NCBI GenBank assembly: GCA_977020255.1
Contig: CDROCS010002422.1
Location: 186,001 to 250,000, forward strand
Source: Obrimoposthia wandeli
Taxonomy: Eukaryota
Length of the DNA: 64,000 bases
Reading direction: 5' to 3'
Positions within the stretch are counted from its first letter, which is position 1. Each line of letters begins with the position of its first letter. The notes beneath the pieces are model-generated. The model made no database searches, had not been told where the DNA came from, and was given only the letters and a program-made list of their open reading frames with translations. Position numbers and translations under genes: made by a program. Below, piece by piece: positions 1 through 9,685 of this stretch.

Positions 1-360
1 TTCACCACAGCGCACTACATTGGTATAACCCCAAAATTTTTGAAAGGCCGCTGAGAACTGCTCACTAGTTTGTTCTGTAAATGGCGCAACTGTGCGTTGT
101 GCGCCTGTTGCTGCTGACACTAAATGATCTATTTTTCCCACTTCTGCAAATAGCTTTTTTAAACTTTCTTCATCGTGTGTATCCGCTACCCTAAATTGCA
201 CGGTATCGGCACACTGTGCACGCGCTGTATCAATATTTGCTTGCGTTCGACTCGCGGCATAAACCTTAGCACCCATGGCTGCAGCCGCTTTTACAACAGC
301 TAAGCCTATACCAGATGTTCCACCAATAACGACAACTGTTTTTTCAGCTAAATTTTGCAT
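1..360 (-). CDS. SDR family oxidoreductase, 5' part (runs off window start)
   Basis: Manual translation from ATG at 360: MQNLAEKTVVVIGGTSGIGLAVVKAAAAMGAKVYAASR..., with the Rossmann GxxxGIG motif; frame open to position 1. Confidence 0.85.
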   Translation of the reverse strand, partial: MQNLAEKTVVVIGGTSGIGLAVVKAAAAMGAKVYAASRTQANIDTARAQCADTVQFRVADTHDEESLKKLFAEVGKIDHLVSAATGAQRTVAPFTEQTSEQFSAAFQKFWGYTNVVRCGE

Positions 361-469
361 TTATTTCACCAACTTTAATAATAATTAATTCTAAGTTCAA
401 ACAAGAAATACTTTAAATATATTCTCATCGCAAAAAATAGTTATACACTGAGCTTTGGTATTTTCAAGC

Positions 470-620
470 CATTGTTGTCCGGTTATAAAATGTAAGCCCT
501 TTACCCATTGATTTGTGGTTTTCTAGCATCGTTAATTGGATTATTTTAGCCAAATAACACTTATGGTTAACGTAAAATCAATGAGTGATAGAACAACAAA
601 AATTAAACCGGATATATATG
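470..620. mobile_element. MITE-like element, copy 1 (151 bp)
   Basis: Imperfect terminal inverted repeats CATTGTTGTCCGGTTA / TTAAACCGGATATATATG; flanked by TTTTCAAGC (461-469) and TTTTCAAAC (621-629), a 9-bp duplication with 1 mismatch; aligns with 12574-12724 and 13805-13919. Confidence 0.8.
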
Positions 621-927
621 TTTTCAAACAAATTGTACAACGTATTTTTTATGCTGCCAAATAGACACCAGCACTCCTAAATTTCGGTTCTAACCTTAAC
701 GTTATTTTAATGAATGTAAATTGGCTCGTTCAATGATTTGGCATCAAATAAGCATTTAAATAAATAAAGCTAAGTTATTCAATTCCATTGCTAATTTTTA
801 AGAATATATTAGTGTACACTTGAATTAGTATTTATTCACTTCACACCAAAAAACTTAGTTTTAATTTTTAGCGTGTACAATTTAATATGAGCATTTTGAA
901 AAAATTCAACGTTAAATAGGCTTTTAC

Positions 928-2364
928 TTGTTATCTAAAAAAATGAAAATCATGTTGTTATTGTGCTGCATTCTAGCACTCGGTTTCATCGCCACGAGCA
1001 TGGTTGGGTACTTTGTAGCCAGAGACTCTTTAACTAAACAAATTTCAACCGATACCCTACCTCTGATCGGCGATAACATCTATTCTGAAATCCAACGCGA
1101 TTTACTAAAACCGATCATAATTTCATCCCTCATGGCCAACGACACCTTCTTAAAAGATTGGGTAATAAGTGGTGAAAAAGACACGCAACAAATCACTAAA
1201 TACTTAAAAAGTATGCAAATAAATTACAATACTGTGACTAGTTTCTTTGTTTCCGATAAAACGCTTAAGTATTACCACCCGACAGGTGTATTTAAAACCA
1301 TCTCAGAGAAAGCCCCTGCCGACCAATGGTATTTTGCTACAAAAAATAATGGCAATACGCATCAGTTGAATGTCGATTACGATCGTTATGCTGATGATGC
1401 GCTGACCGTTTTTATCAATTATAAGTTATACGATGATAACCAAAATTTTCTTGGCATTACGGGTGTAGGACTTGCCTTAACCAAAGTACGTACTTTATTA
1501 GAGCACTATCAAAGAAAATACCAACGTGAAGTATTTTTTGTAGATGTAGCAGGCGAAGTTACCTTGCGCGGAGCGTTTTATAACGGCGATATTGATTTCA
1601 ATCAAATCAACAATGGCAAAACGCTAAAACAGCAGCTACTTAACTTTAGTAGCTCCTCTTTGACTTACCGCCAGGGAAATAACAATTTTTTGCTCGATAG
1701 CCGCTACATAGAAGAATTCAATTGGTATTTAATGGTTAGGCAAAGTGATCAGGCAATAAACAAAAATATTTTTGATTCTTTATTAATTAATTTACTGATT
1801 TCATTAATAATTACTATTACGATACTGGCCGTTACTTGGTTGACACTAAGCAGCTATCAACGTCAATTAGAAATAATGGCCACTACTGATAAACTAACTG
1901 GGCTCAATAACAGACACATGTTCGATCCAATTTTAGAGCAGATGTTCAAATATTCAACACGCAACCACACTACACTGTCGGTACTCATTTTAGATATTGA
2001 TAAGTTCAAGGACATCAATGATCAGTATGGCCATCCATTTGGTGACACAATACTCGTTGAAATTACTCATTTACTAAAATCTTCTGTCAGAAAATCTGAT
2101 ATTTTATGTCGCTGGGGTGGAGAAGAATTTTTACTGCTGATGCCCAACTGCAATGAAACAGAAATTGTCAGCTTTATTAAGCAGCTGCAACAAAAATTTT
2201 GCGACCATGATTTTTACCACGGTCAACAGCCTATCAAAATACAGTGGAGCGTGGGTGTTGCCCATAAAAAAGATACAGATAAACCTAGTGATTTTATTTA
2301 CCGCGCTGATCAAGCATTGTTACAAGCAAAAAATAGTGGCAGAAATAAAATGGTGATTGGGTAA
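928..2364 (+). CDS. Membrane diguanylate cyclase with periplasmic Cache-type sensor
   Basis: N-terminal TM, periplasmic domain, second TM, then D-x-LTGL-x-NR and RWGGEEF; RxxD I-site (RKSD) five residues before GGEEF. True start may be ATG 943. Confidence 0.9.
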   Translation: MLSKKMKIMLLLCCILALGFIATSMVGYFVARDSLTKQISTDTLPLIGDNIYSEIQRDLLKPIIISSLMANDTFLKDWVISGEKDTQQITKYLKSMQINYNTVTSFFVSDKTLKYYHPTGVFKTISEKAPADQWYFATKNNGNTHQLNVDYDRYADDALTVFINYKLYDDNQNFLGITGVGLALTKVRTLLEHYQRKYQREVFFVDVAGEVTLRGAFYNGDIDFNQINNGKTLKQQLLNFSSSSLTYRQGNNNFLLDSRYIEEFNWYLMVRQSDQAINKNIFDSLLINLLISLIITITILAVTWLTLSSYQRQLEIMATTDKLTGLNNRHMFDPILEQMFKYSTRNHTTLSVLILDIDKFKDINDQYGHPFGDTILVEITHLLKSSVRKSDILCRWGGEEFLLLMPNCNETEIVSFIKQLQQKFCDHDFYHGQQPIKIQWSVGVAHKKDTDKPSDFIYRADQALLQAKNSGRNKMVIG

Positions 2365-2487
2365 CAGCTGTTATTGCCTTTAACTGTGGTACTCTTTAAA
2401 CCAAAAATACTGCCTAAAAACGGTACCTGTATGCTTTAACTAAATAAGCTTAATAAAACCTTGTTAAAGCTATTTTTGGAGATAGAA

Positions 2488-3342
2488 ATGTTAGATGACA
2501 ACCAGCTAAGCAGCTATCAGAATAATGGTTATTGCGTAATCGAAGATTTCAAAAGTCTTGCACAATGTAAAGCTTTGCAATTGCGAGCAGAACAAATCGT
2601 CGGGGAGTTTTCCGCTGAAGACATTTCTATTTTTACCACAAAAGAACAGCAGCGTAATGCAGACGACTATTTTTTAAGTTCGGGTGATAAAATACGTTGT
2701 TTTTTCGAAGAAGAAGCAATCGATGCGAAAGGCAATATCACTGTCGATAAGAACAAAGCTATAAACAAATTAGGCCATGCTATGCATCAAAATGATGCGG
2801 TATTTAGAGATTTTAGTAGCGATGATAAACTGCAACAGATTTGTCAGAAAATTGGCTTTAAGGATCCTCGTTTACTGCAAAGCATGTACATATTCAAGCA
2901 GCCCAGAATTGGCGGTGAAGTCGATATTCATCAAGATTCTACCTTCTTATATACCGATCCATTAAGTGTAGTGGGTTTCTGGTTTGCGTTAGAAGACGCT
3001 ACACTAGAAAACGGCTGCCTTTGGGGGATGCCTAAAGGGCACAAACTTCCTTTAGAAAAAATAATGAAACGTAAAGCCAATAATACTGGCATAGAATTCA
3101 CACCCTTAGCTGACATCAAATATGACCAGCAAGATTTTATTCCCCTTGAAGTAAAAGCGGGTACTTTAATTATGTTTGATGGCCGTTTTCCACATTTTTC
3201 TAAGGCCAATAGATCTGAAAAAACACGCCACGCCTTCACGTTGCACATTATTGAAGGACAAGCTAAATATCCCGAGTTTAATTGGCTACAACGTGAAGAT
3301 AAACAAGCGTTTCCAAGCTTCTCAGAACTTAAGGCAATGTAA
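2488..3342 (+). CDS. Phytanoyl-CoA dioxygenase (PhyH) family Fe/2OG dioxygenase
   Basis: QSMYIFKQPRIGGEVDIHQD (HxD), WFALEDATLENGCLW, distal His in PHFS. ATG 2488 follows GGAG. Confidence 0.88.
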   Translation: MLDDNQLSSYQNNGYCVIEDFKSLAQCKALQLRAEQIVGEFSAEDISIFTTKEQQRNADDYFLSSGDKIRCFFEEEAIDAKGNITVDKNKAINKLGHAMHQNDAVFRDFSSDDKLQQICQKIGFKDPRLLQSMYIFKQPRIGGEVDIHQDSTFLYTDPLSVVGFWFALEDATLENGCLWGMPKGHKLPLEKIMKRKANNTGIEFTPLADIKYDQQDFIPLEVKAGTLIMFDGRFPHFSKANRSEKTRHAFTLHIIEGQAKYPEFNWLQREDKQAFPSFSELKAM

Positions 3343-3417
3343 GGTATTAAGCATTCAAATGCTAATTACTTCGCCACTAACTAACATCATTGACAACACA
3401 ACTACACTGAATAATTT

Positions 3418-4038
3418 ATGTCATTAACCGTACTCTCACTTTTTATCACCACATTCTTCTTCGTATCGATTACACCAGGCATGTGCATGCTACTGGCACT
3501 TACCTTGGGCATGTCTGTCGGCGTGCGCAAAACAATGTATATGATGCTTGGAGAAATGCTGGGAGTTGCAATCGTTGCAACTTTTGCAGCATTAGGCGTT
3601 GCTACTTTAATGCTTAAGCTTCCTCAAGCATTCGTCGTTTTAAAAATAGCGGGAGGAGCCTACTTAATTTGGCTAGGATACCAAATGTGGTGCTCAAGAG
3701 GAAAACTGGTACTCAGTGATACACAAAACTCAACACAGCAACCTAGCGCAAAGCAATTAGCTATCAATGGTTTTATTACCGCGATAGCGAACCCTAAAGG
3801 CTGGGCATTTTTGATCACTTTACTGCCATCATTTATTATTGCAGAGCAGCCTTTAGCGCCACAGTTAATAGTCATGATCTGCATCATTTTGTTACTTGAA
3901 TTTACGGCCATGATGCTTTATGCCAGTGGCGGAAAAGCACTTCGTCATTTATTGCTTAACAAAAACAATGTAAAGTTACTTAATCGTATCTCAGGTTCTT
4001 TGATGGTCATTGTAGGTTTTTGGCTAGCTTTTAGCTAA
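3418..4038 (+). CDS. LysE/RhtB family translocator
   Basis: SITPG, GGAYLIWLG and NPKGW motifs; about six hydrophobic helices. Confidence 0.88.
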   Translation: MSLTVLSLFITTFFFVSITPGMCMLLALTLGMSVGVRKTMYMMLGEMLGVAIVATFAALGVATLMLKLPQAFVVLKIAGGAYLIWLGYQMWCSRGKLVLSDTQNSTQQPSAKQLAINGFITAIANPKGWAFLITLLPSFIIAEQPLAPQLIVMICIILLLEFTAMMLYASGGKALRHLLLNKNNVKLLNRISGSLMVIVGFWLAFS

Positions 4039-4338
4039 AGGTAATCTCAATTGCTTTACCTGACGTCTTAAAATGTACTCTTTGCGACATTCTACTATTT
4101 TTATAAGCTTACGCATTCAACTCCTTTCATAGTTCTGCTACTCTATGATTTTTGGCATTAATGTACATTTTACTTTCGGTTAAGTGAGCTTAGATTGCTG
4201 AGTTTCTCCAATGAGCACATAGAGAGAAGTTCGTTTCAAAGTGATTACTTAACTAATAAATTGACACTGATGTAACAGATAACCAAATAGTGCTACCTAA
4301 CAATATCTGTACACGGATATGTGTACTGGAGAGAATTT

Positions 4339-4524
4339 ATGCAAAATGTTCAACCTTCAACACTCACACAATCGCCTAGTGTAGCCGTTTCAAATACTAA
4401 GCAAATTCTAGTAGCATTAACATTAGGCGTCGCTTTAGTTATGTTGGTTGGCTTCGCGCCTATGGAAGTTGTACATAACGCAGCTCATGATGCACGTCAT
4501 GCTTTTGCCTTTCCTTGCCATTAA
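4339..4524 (+). CDS. CbtB-like small membrane protein (putative cobalt transporter subunit)
   Basis: One TM helix and C-terminal HNAAHDARHAFAFPCH, typical of CbtB; GGAG before ATG 4339. Confidence 0.8.
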   Translation: MQNVQPSTLTQSPSVAVSNTKQILVALTLGVALVMLVGFAPMEVVHNAAHDARHAFAFPCH

Positions 4525-4540
4525 TCTCTTTAGCTAAATA

Positions 4541-4567
4541 ACCAAAGCCATTGTTAATGGCTTTGGT
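4541..4567 (+). terminator. Hairpin terminator after the cbtB-like gene
   Basis: ACCAAAGCCATT-GTT-AATGGCTTTGGT, perfect 12-bp stem. Confidence 0.7.
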
Positions 4568-4711
4568 ATTGTACCAGGTTTTTTCTGAGCCTAGCTTGGG
4601 CCCAAATTACTGATGCCGGCAGACCTTCTAATTGCTTTACCATTCACTTAAGCTAACACAAGAGCTAACACTATTAGTGCCATCACTAGCCGACAGCTTT
4701 GCACTCCTTTT

Positions 4712-4984
4712 TTGTTATTTTGCCAAAAAGAGCCGCTTTTTATAGCAGCACTCACTGCTCATAAAGCCAGTTTCATTCAAGAAAACCAATGGCAATTTAG
4801 TTTGCCTGAGTTATTTAACTTTCTACAAGCTTATTACCCTAATATCACTGATGATTACCTTACGTTTCGACGTTTATTATTTAACAGCCCTATCAATCAA
4901 CAACTTGGCCAATATCAAACCAGCATTGTTATCTTGAAACCAGCCGATCATGTAGATAACACTATTTATTGTTTACAAAATTAA
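4712..4984 (+). CDS. Hypothetical protein (start uncertain)
   Basis: 90-aa ORF with globular composition filling an otherwise empty interval; no recognisable motif. Confidence 0.5.
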   Translation: MLFCQKEPLFIAALTAHKASFIQENQWQFSLPELFNFLQAYYPNITDDYLTFRRLLFNSPINQQLGQYQTSIVILKPADHVDNTIYCLQN

Positions 4985-5232
4985 GTTCTAACCTTTATTG
5001 TGTTTGATTATCCGACAAAACCTTTCAGCTGGTTTTATGATCAGGATGCCAAGGTCTAATACTATTAATAGCCTCCTCTGTTAAAGTATCTGCACATTCT
5101 ACGCTAAAGATATTGATTCAATTTTATTAAGACTTAAAATCGTCATATTAAGTTATTACAATCTCATAGCTTTAGTGTTTAGCGCAGGTTCTTTAATCCA
5201 TCTAAATATCAGTCGAAAAAAGGAAGATTCAA

Positions 5233-5955
5233 ATGAGTAGAGTTGCATTAGTAACAGGCGGCACCAGAGGTATAGGTGAAGCAATTAGCACCAAACTTAA
5301 GCTTAAAGGATATAACGTTATTGCCACTTATGCCGGTAACGATCAAGCGGCAAAGTCGTTTACCGAACGCACTGAAATACCAACAATAAAATTTGATGTG
5401 TCTGATTTTGCAGCCACTAAAGCTGCTATTGAAAAGATTGAAGAAGACTTTGGCAGCATTGAAGTATTAGTTAATAATGCGGGTATTACCAAAGATGGTA
5501 CGATGCACCGAATGGATTTTGAGCAGTGGAATGCGGTAATTCAAACCAATCTTTCCTCTTGCTTTAATACTTGTCGCGCAGTGATAGATAATATGCGTGC
5601 TAAAGGCTTCGGGCGTATTGTGAATATTGGCTCTGTTAACGGCCAAGCAGGGCAATATGGTCAAGTGAATTACGCGGCGGCTAAATCAGGAATTCATGGT
5701 TTTACTAAAGCGCTTGCACAAGAAAATGCCGCTAAAGGTATCACCGTTAATGCAGTAGCGCCAGGTTATGTTGACACTGATATGGTAAGAGCTGTGCCGC
5801 CAGAAGTACTTGCAAAAATAATTTCAACTATTCCGGTAGGCCGTTTAGGTCAGCCTGAAGATATAGCGCGAACTGTTGAGTTTTTAGTGAGTGATAATGG
5901 CGGGTTCATCACCGGATCTACGCTGTCAATTAATGGTGGCCAGCACATGTACTAA
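5233..5955 (+). CDS. phaB: Acetoacetyl-CoA reductase
   Basis: TGGTRGIG, NNAGIT, GQAGQYGQVNYAAAKSG (YxxxK), NGGQHMY end; located in the PHA cluster. Confidence 0.92.
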   Translation: MSRVALVTGGTRGIGEAISTKLKLKGYNVIATYAGNDQAAKSFTERTEIPTIKFDVSDFAATKAAIEKIEEDFGSIEVLVNNAGITKDGTMHRMDFEQWNAVIQTNLSSCFNTCRAVIDNMRAKGFGRIVNIGSVNGQAGQYGQVNYAAAKSGIHGFTKALAQENAAKGITVNAVAPGYVDTDMVRAVPPEVLAKIISTIPVGRLGQPEDIARTVEFLVSDNGGFITGSTLSINGGQHMY

Positions 5956-5965
5956 GCTGCAAGTT

Positions 5966-6005
5966 ATATCACTGAGAGAGCTATGTAATAGCTACTCAGT
6001 GATAT
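5966..6005. terminator. Bidirectional hairpin between convergent phaB and phaZ
   Basis: ATATCACTGAG...AGCTAT-GTA-ATAGCT...CTCAGTGATAT. Confidence 0.65.
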
Positions 6006-6034
6006 TTATCTCTAGTTCTAGTTCTAAATACAGA

Positions 6035-7252
6035 TTAGCTATACTGCTTTATAAACTCTGTCATTAAAGGTCTTACTGAGCCACGAAATTTAGACCCACT
6101 AAATATACCATAATGCCCTGCACCTTCTTGTACATGATGCTTGCGCATATGCTGGGGAATATTTACACATATATCTTGTGCTGCCTGCGTTTGACCGATA
6201 CCAACGATATCATCCAACTCACCTTCAACCGTTAATAACGCAGTGTTTGTTATGCTGGCAAAATCAACTAGCTCACCTAAGTAAGTAATTTTGCCATTTG
6301 CCAATTCATTATCTTTAAAGATACGTTCTATCGTTTCTAAGTAGAACTCTGCCGGCATATCTAAAACAGCCATATATTCATCATAGAAGGCTCGAAAACG
6401 ATCTGCATCTTCCTGTTCACCAAAAAGTATATTTTGAAAAAACTGTAGATGCTTTTTAGCATGTGCTTGCGGGTTCATTGATAGAAACCCACCTAGCTGT
6501 AAGAAACCCGGATAGACCTTACGCCCTGTTCCTTTGTAGCCACTAGGCACTGACATAATCGCGTTACTTTTAAACCACTCAACGGTTTTTTTATTAGCAA
6601 ACTCATTAACTCGAGTCGGCGATTTAGCCACATCGATAGGCCCTGCCATTAAAGTGAGTGATATAGGTGTCACTTTACTTTGCTTTTGTGCCAATACAGC
6701 GGTTGCTATTAGCGCTTGTACTGCGGGTTGGCAAATCGCCACTACATGTACATCAGGTCCCATTGATTCCAAAAACCCTATCAAATATGTAACGTAGCAA
6801 TCAAAACTGAAATCACCTTCACTAACCGGGATATCACGCGCATCTAGCCAATCAGTGATATACACATCATGATCAATTAGCAACGCCTCTACGGTACCTT
6901 TTAAAAGCGTAGAATGATGACCAGACAATGGGGCGACCAGCAACACTTTGTCTCGATTTTTAACACCCTCAACAGTAAACCTTATTAAGTTACAAAACAC
7001 TTTATCATCGACTATGCTTTCATCTACCGCCATCTTGCGGCCATCAATTTCAATGTCTGTAATAGAAAAATCTAGCTTATCGTAACGTCTTGTTAAACGC
7101 ATACTAGACTCTAATAGTGCATTCGTAACACGCCCCATAGGTGTATAAGAAAAGGGGTTAAAAGGGTTGCAACTTAAATCGTGAATGGCACTAAAACCAT
7201 CGTGAAGAGTTTGGGTATTGCGGGTTAAATAATCGTAACTTTGGTAGCGCAT
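6035..7252 (-). CDS. phaZ: Intracellular polyhydroxyalkanoate depolymerase
   Basis: VLLVAPLSGHHSTLL, YITDW, VAICQP (catalytic Cys), LTVEGELDD, GHYGIF motifs. Confidence 0.92.
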   Translation of the reverse strand: MRYQSYDYLTRNTQTLHDGFSAIHDLSCNPFNPFSYTPMGRVTNALLESSMRLTRRYDKLDFSITDIEIDGRKMAVDESIVDDKVFCNLIRFTVEGVKNRDKVLLVAPLSGHHSTLLKGTVEALLIDHDVYITDWLDARDIPVSEGDFSFDCYVTYLIGFLESMGPDVHVVAICQPAVQALIATAVLAQKQSKVTPISLTLMAGPIDVAKSPTRVNEFANKKTVEWFKSNAIMSVPSGYKGTGRKVYPGFLQLGGFLSMNPQAHAKKHLQFFQNILFGEQEDADRFRAFYDEYMAVLDMPAEFYLETIERIFKDNELANGKITYLGELVDFASITNTALLTVEGELDDIVGIGQTQAAQDICVNIPQHMRKHHVQEGAGHYGIFSGSKFRGSVRPLMTEFIKQYS

Positions 7253-7340
7253 GACGTGGCCTTATTCGTTTACAATTCAATACTGCGGTCAACTTAGTGC
7301 CACAATAAATATTATAAACATGGCCTTCAGATAAGGTATT

Positions 7341-7373
7341 TTCAAGCTAATTTATACCGCAAATTAGCTTGAA
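7341..7373 (-). terminator. Hairpin downstream of phaP
   Basis: TTCAAGCTAATTT-ATACCGC-AAATTAGCTTGAA, perfect 13-bp stem. Confidence 0.6.
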
Positions 7374-7478
7374 GATATGCTGTAAACCCCTGCATTATTT
7401 ATCTAAAACGAGTAATCCTTAGATTTAAATTTGGATTCAGGTTCCGGTGCAGGTTTATCACATATTGTGCGAGGTTTA

Positions 7479-7841
7479 CTACTTCGCTGCTTTAGCTGAT
7501 TTAGCCGCTTGTGCAACGTTTGCTTGTGCATCTTCCATTACTTGCTTTAGTAACTCACCAGATTTTTCTTGAGTTTGCGAAATAATGGCATAGCTTTCTT
7601 CAGCGGCACTAACCACTGTTTCTTGCACTTCTTGAGCATAAGTCTTTTGTGATTCTGCTAGTGTATTAACATCTTTATTTTCAGCAGTTTTTTGTGCGAA
7701 AGCAGCGCCGCCGCTCATTAGGCTTGAAAATAAGTTGCTCTGCTGCTCAGCTAGTTGCTCAAAAGCTTTAGCATTAAGGTTAGCCAGATCAGTCAATGGC
7801 TTTAACGAATTCTGCATTTGTTCATTCATTTTATCAAACAT
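7479..7841 (-). CDS. phaP: Phasin (PHA granule protein)
   Basis: 120-aa Ala/Gln-rich helical protein (MFDKMNEQMQNSLKPLTDLANLNAKAFEQLAEQQ) in the PHA cluster, preceded by PhaR-type boxes. Confidence 0.82.
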   Translation of the reverse strand: MFDKMNEQMQNSLKPLTDLANLNAKAFEQLAEQQSNLFSSLMSGGAAFAQKTAENKDVNTLAESQKTYAQEVQETVVSAAEESYAIISQTQEKSGELLKQVMEDAQANVAQAAKSAKAAK

Positions 7842-7861
7842 ATTAGTGCTTCCCTTGTGTT

Positions 7862-7944
7862 TTGCTGCTATGCAACATTAAGATTTAATGCAATACTAAC
7901 TGTTCAAATTTTAATCGTCAAGCATTTTTTGCTGCACTGCAATA
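7862..7944. promoter_or_regulatory. Two putative PhaR operators upstream of phaP
   Basis: TTGCTGCTATGCAACA (7862-7877) and TTGCTGCACTGCAATA (7929-7944); same motif twice more at 8874 and 8940. Confidence 0.65.
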
Positions 7945-8043
7945 TAATTATCTATTTACTATCTTCCAAAACTGCCTTATCTACCACTTCCACCTTATTG
8001 CTAATTGGCTGTACTGTAGAAGCTGAAGCTGTATTTTTGGAAT

Positions 8044-8766
8044 CTAGTGCAACTGGTTTTTATGGCTGGCTGGCTTAAGAACCAAACTGCTAGCTGCTTT
8101 TTTTACAGACTTGACTGCTATTTTATCTGCTATTTTAGCGACTTCTTTGATTGCTGCTTTATTCTCTTGAACAGATGGTTTAACAGGTAATTTGGTGGGT
8201 GCTTTTACAGGTGTTTTTAGGAGTGCTCTAGGAGATGACTTAGCTTTTCCACCAACGTCAGACTTATTAGTTTTCTCACTTATTTGAGCGTTACTTGCAA
8301 CAACAGCATTTTTATTTACAGCAGGTTTTACTCGCGCGCGCTTAGCAGCTTTTTTCACTTGCATGGCTGGTTTTCTATCAGCTGGCGGTTGCTTCATTCC
8401 TAGCTCAAGCTTCGTCTTCACGACCTTACTTTCACTAGCATTGCTTGATTTCGGCACAACAGTATCATTAGTGCCCGCTTGCAAACACACTTGCATTATT
8501 TTAAAAGCATTCGCCCAATACTGCTGTGTTCTTTGGGTAGCAAGTGAGCTATGTTTTTTATGAGTCTCAATCAAATTAGGCAATCCTTGCGCTGCATTTA
8601 ACGCCTCTGGAATCTCACTCTGCTCAGTTATTGCCTGTGAAATAAAACGCGTTTGTGCACAAACGAGCTCTTCTATCAAACTAATATTGGCTGATAATTG
8701 CTTACTCACCTGAGTATTGAACGGTTCCAATAAATCCTGAAACTGCTTAAAGCTTTGCTGGTACAT
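8044..8766 (-). CDS. Phasin-like protein with Lys/Ala/Pro-rich basic C-terminal tail (PhaF/PhaM-like architecture)
   Basis: N-terminal ~95-aa amphipathic helical region followed by a low-complexity K/A/P/V tail (KTPVKAPTKLPVKP, KSVKKAA); located between phaR and phaP. Confidence 0.65.
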   Translation of the reverse strand: MYQQSFKQFQDLLEPFNTQVSKQLSANISLIEELVCAQTRFISQAITEQSEIPEALNAAQGLPNLIETHKKHSSLATQRTQQYWANAFKIMQVCLQAGTNDTVVPKSSNASESKVVKTKLELGMKQPPADRKPAMQVKKAAKRARVKPAVNKNAVVASNAQISEKTNKSDVGGKAKSSPRALLKTPVKAPTKLPVKPSVQENKAAIKEVAKIADKIAVKSVKKAASSLVLKPASHKNQLH

Positions 8767-8873
8767 AACAAACTCCTTTTATTAAAAATTTTCAATGATT
8801 TCCCTAGTGCTAAAATGACGCAGTAAATCGTTTTAACGTAACTTACTATTAGTTTTCTAAACTAAGGCGTCAT

Positions 8874-8955
8874 TTGCTGCATAGCAACATTATTCACATA
8901 AATTATACCCAGCAGTACAAAAAAAGGCCAACTATAATATTGCTGCATTGCACAA
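8874..8955. promoter_or_regulatory. Two putative PhaR operators upstream of the phasin-like gene
   Basis: TTGCTGCATAGCAACA (8874-8889) and TTGCTGCATTGCACAA (8940-8955). Confidence 0.65.
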
Positions 8956-9121
8956 ATTACATTCACTATTATACAATAATAGCTCTAGATAGAGATTCAA
9001 ATTGGATTCCAATTGAAGAGCATCAATAGAATTGAGCATCTGAGGTAAAGCTATAAAGAGGAGGGACAACCGGCCAGACAACTGAATATTGGCAAGCCTT
9101 AATCATTTTTTACATAGAGCT

Positions 9122-9571
9122 TTAATCGTTATCATCGGTTTTGTTTTTGCTTGCGCCTCCTTTATTGATATTCCACATATCCATATTTTGTTCCATCATT
9201 TTACCAAACACGCCCATCGGGCTTGATTCCACTATGTTTTTCATCATTCCCTGCACCGACTCTTGCTGCTCAAGGAACTGACTCATACTCTGATCTAAAT
9301 ACTGGCGAACAAATACTTGCATGTCACCGTCGTGAAAACGAATTAACTGTTTGAGCAACGAATCCGTTAGCAGCGATTGCTGATCATTTGTTTCAGCTTC
9401 ACTAATGATTTGCAGTAATACAATTTTTGTAAGATTGCTGCCATCTTTAGAACTCACTATTTCAAAATCAGTGTGCTCTAATACCAATTTTCGAATGTAG
9501 TCTAAGTTAACGTATTGGCTAGTTGATGTGTCGTACAAACGGCGGTTAGGGTATTTTTTTATGGTGATCAA
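9122..9571 (-). CDS. phaR: PHA synthesis repressor
   Basis: IKKYPNRRLYDTSTSQYVNL N-terminal motif, LLQIISEAE, LKQLIRF; TTG start. Confidence 0.93.
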   Translation of the reverse strand: MITIKKYPNRRLYDTSTSQYVNLDYIRKLVLEHTDFEIVSSKDGSNLTKIVLLQIISEAETNDQQSLLTDSLLKQLIRFHDGDMQVFVRQYLDQSMSQFLEQQESVQGMMKNIVESSPMGVFGKMMEQNMDMWNINKGGASKNKTDDND

Positions 9572-9685
9572 AAGATGGCCTCAACATGACAAAGCACTGG
9601 ATATCAAACCACGATATCTACAGTGCTATTTGGTATTACTTAAGTCATCATAAAGCACTCAGGTACTCACTAACAGCTTTACTGA

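Noticed and set aside
4039-4338. Cobalamin riboswitch upstream of the cbtB-like gene
   Set aside because: No recognisable GGGAA, GCCACTG or B12-box core by eye. An Infernal scan was not run.
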